This document shows, in pieces, positions 54,454-64,000 of a DNA stretch of 64,000 nucleotides (position 1 is the stretch's first letter; every line of letters starts with the position of its first letter). Origin of the DNA: Trichosphaerium sp. ATCC 40318 (taxonomy: Eukaryota > Protista > Tubulinea). The stretch spans positions 21,165 to 85,164 of the forward strand of contig JALMLS010000123.1 of NCBI GenBank assembly GCA_038496445.1, in the 5' to 3' direction. A program made the translations under genes and the position numbers. The notes beneath the pieces are model-generated. The model did not search any database. It was not told the DNA's origin and saw nothing but the letters and a program-made list of their open reading frames with translations.

Positions 54454-57400
54454 TTAATTTTTTTTCTTTCGTACAGTAGAACATACAGGTAAGAATAGAT
54501 CTAAACTACCACTCCTTCTTGACTTATTAGAACAAAGATCAAGTCTCTTAGGAGGTTCAATATAGCCACTAGGATAAACCAACTTGATAAGTACACCAGC
54601 TCTTTTTGAAAACTGTGCAGCATCAGATAATATCTTCAGCCTTGATTTCAAGTTTGGATACTCTTGTATACTCTTTAATATATCTTCTTTACCACGATCA
54701 CGTGATCTACTACTCTTTATATATCTCTGTATAGATCGAACAATATTTATAAGAATCTCAATACCATTTTCTACGTTATCCAAGTTTTGTGAAGATAAAA
54801 AACTACACCATATCTTCCAGTGCCTTGCGAGCAAAGGTTGACTTTGTTCTATTAATAACCGTTAGGCAAAAAGAAAAATAGTGGAGAAAGAAGCAAGAGG
54901 ATAGTATATAAACAGAAACAAATAATAGTTAAAGGTGAAGGTTGCTGTTAGCAACCAACACAGAAATAAAAAAGTTTTTGAGATAATTCTGGGATTGTAC
55001 TTACGATTGAAGGCAGAGTACTGAAGTAGCGCCATGCCATGTACTTTAGCTGCATTATGATGATTTGAATTTGGTTTTACAATATCTACAAGTTTTTCCA
55101 AGCCACCACAAATACGTAAAGATACATGAAGAGAATCTAAACAACTTAGCATTTCACAAAAATAACATAAAACATTCAATTGTTAACAAAAACGGCGCAC
55201 AGTTGTATCTATAATATCTTTTACCTCTTATATTCTTCACTTGTCTAGTAGCTGCTGTTCTGGAGGTTTCAATTTGAAGCAGTGCCAATAAAACAGCAAC
55301 AGAACAAGGTATGCTTCCCAAATGTCTACAAAGTGCTGGGACCATTCCTGAACGTATCATTGCTTTATGCTTACTCGAAATTCCAGCTAAACAAAGAAAA
55401 CAAATTAGTTATGTGTTGAAAGAAAGCACACAAAGAAATTCATAGGTAGATAAAAAACAAGCAAAAATCACGTGATTTTCAGATAATGTTTGAATCATAA
55501 AGCAGTTCAAAAACTTTGTTTTAGCTCGAAAGTCAACCAATATAATTCAATTTCATGACTGCACTCATGACTATCGAAATACATTCACGATTGGTACGAG
55601 CAATATTGCAAATAGAAACAAGTTCAAGCATAATAGAACGTTGCAAGTATCTCATAAAATTCAAAAAGGTAATTCTAAAAAATTATGTACCGTACCTTTA
55701 CACAAAGATACTATAGCCATACAACACATATTTATCTCTTCTGGTGTGCTATCCTTGCTTTCAAGTGATATTTTAAAGTATCTTATAATATCTTCACCAA
55801 AAGGAACCCAATTATCCCAAGCAGTCTCAGCAATATACTGAAAGCCTTCTTTTCTTACGTCCCATTTTGAAGATCTTACAATCTCTAGTACATCAGCTGG
55901 ATACAGATGTGTATTATTTCTGTTCTGTGTTGTTGGTTCTTTTCTAGCTTGTTTACTAGAGTTAGGGTTTGTTGCTGAAGGTTCTACTTTGATATGTTGT
56001 TGCGGTTGTGGCTGAGGAGTCACTTTAGCCTTTTTTTTAGGAGGCAAATTTGGAGGGATTATTGGTCCGGTTCTGTGATCACCATACTTTCTCTTTGCTG
56101 TTTCTCTATCAATCCCGCGACTGGGCCGTTTGAGCTAAAGAAAGAGTAAGGAGAAGAGGTACATATAATAAAAAATAACTGGGTAAAAGAACGTACAGAA
56201 AGTATGGTATGAATAGGTGTTCTATCGTTAAGCTTTTTAGTGACACTTGGCTGCTGAGGTACAGATATATTCTTCAGACGTGATTGTTGCGGTAGAGGTA
56301 GAGATAATGATGATGGAGGCAGTGATAGTACGTCTGTCATGACTTTATCTTTAGCATCCGCATCTCCTGTCTTTTCAACATTTGATGGTAATGCTTCAGT
56401 CATTACTTGATCGCTATCCATACTTTTTGGAGCAACAGCGTCTTCAACAACGTTATTCTCTCCTACATCCATGGCATCAGGTTCAGGTACTTTTTCAGAC
56501 TTGTCATGCACATCAGAAGCCAAAACTTCGATTGTATTTTTCAACTCTGTGCGTTGGTTGGAAAAAACATTTTTAAGGTCTTCCAGCGTAGGCATGTCCC
56601 CAGGGTCGATATATGTTTTCAAATCAGGCACAGTCATAGAAGGCAGCGCTTTGGTGGGCTCTGTCTCTTTCTTGGCCTTAAGGGCTTTTGCTGCGATGAG
56701 CAATTGTTCGAGAGTAGTTGAAGGATGCTTTTTTTTAATATCTCCATCCTCTTCATGTCTTTCAAGTTCTGTTGAAACATGCCAAGCATTTGCCATGCTC
56801 ACCTACTCCAGTATAAATAAGAAATGTAAATCACGTAATACGTACAATATCCTTGAGTGTAAGAGAAAGATCCTTGTCATCTTGCCTGATTGTAATGATG
56901 CTCTAAGAGAAAATATGTTACGAAATTGTTGAGTTGGTTTTGTACCCCTTTTTTGCTAGCTTTAACGCGAAGGTGTTTGCAATTAGCCACAACTTCAAGT
57001 ACATCATCCAATAAAGGGTATTCGCTTATTAGTTTTGGTTCAGATACATTATCAACAGTTATCTCATCTAAGATAGCCTTGGCTCGCACTGTAAAAAGAT
57101 GAGTGCTTTGTGGAATGCTTGGTAAAAGATATCCGTACAGTTTCGTTTCACGTGTTCAACTAGAATCCTCTGATGTAGTTTACGAAGGAAAGCATGATCT
57201 ACTCCTTCCATCTCAGTCTGTAACCTAAAAATAGATATCAGTACAGGGCTTGAATTAAATAAAAAACCGTTGAGAAATTCAAAAGAAAATACTTACTTGT
57301 TACAGAACTGAAAGTACTTAGACAGGCGATTAAACAATCTCCGCATACTACTAGGTTCTAAATTAGCGATGACCTGGTGGATGTTCTCTTCTTTGACGCC

Positions 57401-60400
57401 TAATAATTACGTGAGAAGGGGAGTAGTACAAAAGCGAAATCTGGACGGCGAGCGCCAATCCAAACATGCCAATTTGTAATTACCTAGAACACCTATAATT
57501 TTCTGGAATAACTGTCGCATCTGTGGTTCGGCCTCACCATCACATAGGGACTTGAGAGTTGTTGAACCGTAATATTTAGCGAAAGTACTTGCTATTTGAG
57601 ATTTGGAGTTTGCAAAATCAACAACATGAACATGTCGTTTGCCCTTAAAAGATTTTGTTTAGAAGGCAAAAAAAAAGTATGGCAACTTCTGACGTTGAGT
57701 AGTACCTGACAAACTCTGCTGAGCCTACCAAGCGTCTGTACAACACTACATCCAGTAATTTTCTTATCAAGGTACATAAAAGCTAATGAAGGCTCATCAA
57801 AACCTGTCCGTAACTTTTCTGCAACAATGACCATTTTAATATTGGGTAACGCTCTAAAGGCTCTAACTGGATCCTTTGCATACGGACCTACAATACAAAA
57901 TAAATAAAGACGCACCATTAAAGTCTTCAAATATGTACTAACCATTTATCTTTACATCTCTTTCGGATAGTGCTTCTTCTTTGTAAATAAATGGGGTAAA
58001 GGCACAAACAATACCGAATCTCTAAAATAAGAAAAAAATCAGAAAGTCAAAGCACGAAAACAAGCGATCTCAGTGGAGGTTTTCGTTAAAGAACGGACCT
58101 GGTCTTCTGGTAGTGTTGCTATTAAGTCCTCAAACGCTTTTTTGTACAAAATAATCTGCGCTCTTCCACCAGTAACAACCATCGCTTTAGGTATGAACGT
58201 AGGAGTAGCCAGTTTGGTGTACTGCTCCAAATAATGCTCAAGCATAAATGAAGCCTTGGCGTTGATAGTGCCTTGGTCAAGTTTTGTATGCGCTAATAAT
58301 ACACGTGTTGCAGCAAGACCTTTGCATTATGGTTAAATGGATGGACAACAAAAAGCATTTTCAAAAGAACATACCAGCCTTGTAAACCTTGCTCTCTTCA
58401 CCATCAGATTTTAGCTTTAATTTTGTCAAAGAACCAACTGTAGCATAATGCGATAGAACATCCAGAATAACGCCATCTTTGATGGCATTCTATAAGGTTC
58501 ATGAGTTGTTCAACAACAAAATGTTTTCTGAAGGAAAATTGTCTCTTACCTCCATTGAGTACACGTAAAAAGGAGACACAGTCTTTTCTGGACCTTTATC
58601 AGGTACACCAAACATCTCCAGTGCGTTTTGCGAAGGTGTACAAGTAAAACTAAAGTAAGTGATCTGCTTAGACTGCCGTGTTTCTCCAGTAAGGAACTTG
58701 TGTAATTGCCTTGTAACAATCTTCCCCTAAACATTTTATACTTAACAACACGTCCAAACAAAATACAAAAAATACATACATGCGTTCTATGACACTCATC
58801 GGCAATGATAGCAATTCTGTGCTTAGAATCGAAGAAGGTAGGAATTGCCAAATGACCAAATTTTTGAATGGTAGTAACAACAACACTAAAACAAAAAAAA
58901 AGTCAAAGAATATTCATAGGTTAAAAATAGAGTTCTGTTACAAACAGTACTGACTAGAAAAAAAAAACTGGGTTAGTACCGCCATGATCCAGAGGTCAAA
59001 AGGAGTTGTAAGTGTCTTGCATTTGTTGCATGAGAAACATCGTATACGTTATGCATATGAAGGAAACTAGTAACAACTGTATTAAGTTGTTTGTCCAAAT
59101 GACGTCTGTCATTAAGAATGAGGATTGTGTGGAACATATTCTCACCACTCTCTGTCTGAAACAATACATTATCAATCATATCCCGGCGGGTTTTTTGAAA
59201 TTATGCATACCTGTAGCCGGTAGAGATTATAAGCCAGAGATGCTATAGTTATCGATTTTCCGCTACCTGCAATAAGAATTAATGGTTGTTCGTGTTTGTC
59301 TTGGCTTGCCTGCTGCATGTTGGATCAGGTAGTTACCCTTATCGCTAACTCTATCTCCAGGTAGCTTCATAACATCATCTAAGAGCCTGAATACCGTTTC
59401 CCATTGTTGTTTTCTGGGTGTAATATTCTTAAAGCTAGCCTTTACTTTTTCTTCAAGTTTGTCAATATCCTTCACAGTAATAACCTCCTCTAAAAACCGC
59501 ACGTGTCATTAATTGTTATCAAAGAAACCAATCAACGTACCACTACTGAGGTTTGACGGAGGTGCTTTGAGTTGAAGTTGGGCTACATCAGTGACATCCA
59601 TAGCCTACAGTGAAAGAACAAGGTCAAAAAAAAAACTTAGCAAGAAAAAAAACCAAAGTACATCTGCGACTTCTTCAACACTATCCTCATCATCTGAATC
59701 ATCGAAACTAACCGAAGAAGAATCAGATGCTACCAAAGAACGCCCTTGATCTGGTTTTAAAGCGTTATCTTCATCGTCCTTTGGTTCAACGATATCGCAG
59801 CTCAGTTTTCTGTGATCTAGTATAAAGTATTGCTCAGCGTCCTCACCCAAGTTTGTAACAAGGCTTGGCGTAACGTCCTAAGGGAAATTAAGTAAATAAA
59901 CGCTTCTAGCATTAAAACGAAACAATACGAACACGGTGAGGGTCGACAGAGGAACGTTCGAACCATAGTGGTGTTCTAGGCTTTTCTTTCTTTACGGACA
60001 CCTGTGATTCGGTTACGGCTGCTTTACAAGGCATTGAAGCGCTCTTAAACGGCGTTAATTTTTGCGCTTGACCGGAGGGTGTTCTTATTACCTGTCCTGT
60101 AGGAAAGCTTGATAGTTTGGGTGGTAAGGTGTTGTCTGGCTCTTTTTTTATGAGATTTTGAGATAGAACAGGCTCAGGTTGGGTGTCGGTTGATACACTT
60201 TGAGACTTTGTAACAGGAAGCGCGAGATTAGGGTCCAGCTGCTGTGTGATACTACGCGGGAGATGTACAGAGTTACTGACTGGTTGATTCTGTTGTACTT
60301 TATTTCTGGATGGCGCCATCTTCAGAATACGTATACGGTGGCCTAGAAAAGGGTTTGTAACTAATTGGACTGTTAACTGTAAATACCGATCTTCTTAACC

Positions 60401-60537
60401 CCCAACTCCTTCAGTAACTCGTGATTAAGCTCATCCAACTCATTAATGGTGATATCGTGCTCTTCGAACAATTCTACATACTGAAGAGCATCTTTTTCAG
60501 TAAATCCTACTGAATCAAATAGTTTACGCAAGGACAT
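54454..60537 (-). CDS. SAM domain + type I restriction enzyme HsdR-like SF2 translocase + NLS + ARM-like C-terminus
   Basis: SAM: YVELFEEHDITINELDELNHELLKELGVKKIGHRIRIL. HsdR motifs: PRKQQ, YLIQHAAGSGKS, DRRHLDKQL, TTIQKF, IIADECHRTHG, FTCTP, KAMVVT, VAEKLRTGFDEP..MYLDK, QTLGRLSR..GK..VVDF. Confidence 0.85.
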
Positions 60538-61096
60538 CGTATATCAAAGGTTTGTAAATGAAGTTTTGCTTTTTGTTCAGAATTCCAATGCTGAACAGTG
60601 CCGTCGCCTACAAATCATCGAGAAAGAGCGCTTGGCTGTTTCTACTTGCTTTTGGAACTGTTTTAAAATGTAAAGCTGTGGAATTTTCAGCCACTTAATG
60701 TACAATCTTTAAGCCAGGCACAACCGAAAGTTGGAGTGCAACTGTCAAAAAAACTTATGTTCCTTTGCAAGTACGTACAACAAAATAAGAATATGAGCGC
60801 CACCGACAAACATAATAAAGTAAGCATTTTGTTACAATTACAACTCATCCATTCTACAACCAAGCCACGTACAATTGTTGCTGCCACCAGCGTACACAAC
60901 AAGTATATAAAAGCTACAATCTAAATTGTAAAACAAAGAAAGTTCGAATTCAACCAAATGCCATAATTGATGACCTCATTTAGTTGGTAGTAGAAGTTGA
61001 TTTCTTAGCTGTAGTCGACTAAAATCAAATTTTGTTTTATTTTTCCATAATGTTTTATTGAAGAGGTCCTCTTCATTTCGTTGTATGATTACAAAG

Positions 61097-62174
61097 TTAT
61101 TCTGCTTGTTGCTTTTTTTTTGTTGTCTCTTCAGTTTTTTGAGCTGCACTGTAAGTGTTGGCATGTTTTTTCACATCTTCCATTGTTAATTTAACTCCTG
61201 GCCTCCATACAGGCGTTGCCTCTTCCTTAACTCCTTCAGTTTCCTTTTTATCACCCGTTTTATCAAGCAAGCTTGTATCTACCGCTTTCACCTGAGTTGA
61301 TGTTGTAGCTGTTGTAGGATAATAAGCACTTGGATAACCAGGAGAAGGTTGCATTTGAACACCATAATAGCTACTAGAGACAAAAAGTATCAGCGAAAAA
61401 AATCACGTGTTCTAAAAAAAACTCGAGAAATCTTGGTACCTGTAGACACCAACATACGAATTACGATATGGGCCGATAGGATAAGTTCTCTTCTGCGTAG
61501 AAGCGGACGTAGGTGATGTAGCAGAATAAGCAGTGCCATCTTGTGATTGTCCGTAGTAATAAGCGTAATAACCCTGTCTAACTGCTTCTGATGAAGCAGT
61601 ATTAGCGGCATGTGGTAGTCCTGTAGCGTATGGTTGCTGTTGTGGGAAAGGAGAAACAAAATAAGGCCATCCTCCCTTTATCTGCTTCTTACCGCGTTGT
61701 ATCTTTTGAAAGTTTTGTAATTCTTGGCTAGATAGCATATCCTTCTTTAATATATGTGTATAAGGGCAGCTTGGGTTTGTACATCTTCCCTGAAAGTTAA
61801 AAAAGCAATGTTTCTGTGTCACGACAAGAAGCTTATGTGTTAGTTCCGCGAAGTTTATAGAAGGTCTTATATGATTTGAGTGTAGTTCGTGATCAAATTT
61901 ACACGTGACACCATTTTTACAACCACCAAATAAGTTAAAATAACAAAGAGCTCTTGTTTTATCTAAAGAAAATAGTGTTATCACGTGGATTGTTTATTTT
62001 GGCGGCTGATAAAAAAATTAACTATTTATACCTTTTGACACGTGCGTAGTACGTTGGACAGATGTAGGTTGCCATGGTGGCGTTGTTTGAGTTGTTGGCA
62101 CTTCTAGTTTGTTTTGTTAGAATCTCCGAGTATATGATAAAATAAAATGTACTGGTGGGGTTGTATGGACGCAT
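61097..62174 (-). CDS. Tandem CCCH zinc-finger protein
   Basis: CYFNLFGGCKNGVTCKFDH and CFFNFQGRCTNPSCPYTH, then a Y/Q/P-rich tail. Ends approximate. Confidence 0.8.
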
Positions 62175-62300
62175 CGTAATGTAATTCAACAGTGATTGGG
62201 AATTAGTAGTATGATTTTATCTCGCGAGACTCTGTTTACCCTGTGTGACTGTAGCTTTACTTTAACGTTTGTTTTTAGCGTTATGGTAGCAGTAACTAGT

Positions 62301-64000
62301 TCATTGAGTGGCTAGGGTTGTACAAAGACTTACAGTAGTGCACGTATCATTCAAGCTAACTATTGACTTTTGGGCCAGAAAACAAATAAGTACGTGCATT
62401 TTGACCGTACTGTAAAATTGGAATGATACGAATAGCATGGTATTGATTGATTTTTTTTTTCTACATTAATTTTACAAGGATCAACCCAAATTGGTGTTGC
62501 GTTTTTGAATTTTTTAAGTACAATAAGGAACAATGGGTACAAAACTAAACTACCTCATATTCTTCCACCCTTTTTTAACACGATCATAAAACTCATTCTT
62601 GGTCGCAATGTCCTGGAACGTAAAAGTCACATCAATGGATCCCATTGTATTCTGAACTATAACTGCAGAGGCTACGAGAAAGTTAACAAGTGAAACACTT
62701 GCACGTTTTCTTGGTTTTTTTTTCAACAAAACATACCATTCGTTGGACAGATGTCAACTTTTCTGGTGTACTTTACAGGTATCAACCCTGCCAACCTTTC
62801 TCTCTCTTTTCTTAAAAACTTAGTATACATGACACTATCATTGAAAAGGACAACACGACCGGTGGAAGGCACAGATGATGTCTTATCTACCCATCTAAAA
62901 AAACCATCAGTACTAAAAAGCGGAAAGGATTCTGGTGTTTACCCAGCATTCCATGTGCCTATGAGCCTTCTATCTGGTCTAAGTATAGACTAAAATAGTG
63001 TTAGTTGTAAACCGAAGGTTCTAATCTCCTTAGAGGATCAGAGGAGAAGCCATACATCAATGTTGCCTTCAAGATTCTTCAAAACTTCAATGATTTGTAC
63101 TACGCCTGTAAAATGTTCTTTTTGACTATTTAGGAACTGGTTCACTTCTTTTACTTTTCCTAACGCTTTGACGAGATTATCATAATCAGAGTGATCAGGG
63201 TCAGTGTTTTTAATCAAAGTCTAGGACAAAACAAAAAGTTAGTAAAACAAAAACCATACGAGCACGTGCTTGAAGCAATAACTGGTATCGAGGTGGTCTC
63301 TGAATGGGAGTAATTAGGTAATTCTCAATCCCTATTCCTGGTGGAGGGTTGCCTTTAGCAACTACTTTCGATGAACTGACATTCTAGAAGGGTAAATGAG
63401 ATCTCAATAGAACCAAATGTTTGGTTTTACCAGCATGAATTTTTGAAATTTAGCGTTATTGCTAGCGCATTTAACAAGCGTTCTTTGGCTATGATCATAG
63501 TTGTTTACATATACGGTATAGGCCTTTAGAAAGTCGGTCTACATAAACAGTGTTAAAAGTAAAGTTTTTATAAAAGACACGTGCTGCAAAGTCTGACTTA
63601 CCATATAAAGGAATATATCGCCTATTTTAGTTGTTGTTGTCCAACGTGACATACGACTGTTGAGACCTGTTAATAACATCATGTTGTAGCTGTGCAATAT
63701 TTCCACATTAGAGAATATGTTATTAATATCCTTATCATTGACAAACGTTTTACTCATCTTAGACGCTTGCAGTAAAGGTTGCATGAATTTCTAAAAAATT
63801 ATTACTGGCAGCCAAAAGTGTTCTTCTTACTTTGATTATTATATCCAAGTCTTTGACATAGTTTCCTTCTGTCTTTAATAGCTCTTGAGCTATCTTTGTA
63901 CGCTTAAAATGCCTCTTCGCTAAATACAAAATAAATAACATGACTACAAAAAAATTTCAAAAACAAACCTCGTTCAAGCTTCGCTTTATCAACATCAGCT
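62301..64000 (-). CDS. Rho GEF (DH-PH), 3' part; start lies beyond the window, last exon uncertain
   Basis: RTKIAQELLKTEGNYVKDL, IFSNVEIL, IGDIF, FLKAYTVYVNNY, YLITPIQRPPRYQLLL, TDPDHSDY, then a PH-like region. Confidence 0.9.

Noticed and set aside
54454-60537. Functional type I restriction-modification system or bacterial contamination
   Set aside because: No nuclease motif, no hsdM/hsdS in the window, and the gene carries many spliceosomal introns among eukaryotic neighbours.
60687-60924. Small hydrophobic ORFs between the HsdR-like and CCCH genes
   Set aside because: No recognisable motif and no convincing spliced model; probably UTR or intergenic, though a tiny membrane peptide is not excluded.

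Overview
Gene-dense eukaryotic nuclear DNA, AT-rich, with many short spliceosomal introns (mostly about 35-100 nt). The gene content (Costars, NOX, RasGEF, RhoGEF, IP3 receptor, myosin, stefin) suggests an amoeboid protist, probably Amoebozoa; the taxon is my inference. I reconstructed 22 intron-split protein genes by hand, so the ORF track holds only exon fragments. Coordinates run from start codon to stop codon across introns. In order: WD40 protein (partial), enolase, Costars, secreted FN3 protein, small secreted beta-protein, NADPH oxidase, Rab GDI, SRPBCC protein, helical-repeat/nuclease-fold protein, acyl-CoA synthetase, CCDC137-like, RlmI/RlmK-like methyltransferase, F-box-SH3-2OG oxygenase, RasGEF, stefin, Ubl-coiled-coil-VCA protein, C-type lectin receptor, myosin with ankyrin tail, IP3 receptor, TyrA-aminotransferase fusion, SAM-HsdR-ARM protein, CCCH zinc finger, and a partial RhoGEF. 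The strongest lead is an intron-containing gene built around a bacterial type I restriction enzyme HsdR motor, with the nuclease replaced by a SAM domain and with an NLS and ARM-like tail. Other leads: the F-box-SH3-prolyl-hydroxylase fusion, a ~230-nt pri-miRNA-like fold-back, a fused arogenate-route enzyme, a possible new Arp2/3 activator, an enolase with a mitochondrial-type presequence, and strong CACGTG enrichment. No rRNA, tRNA, CRISPR or transposase was recognised.
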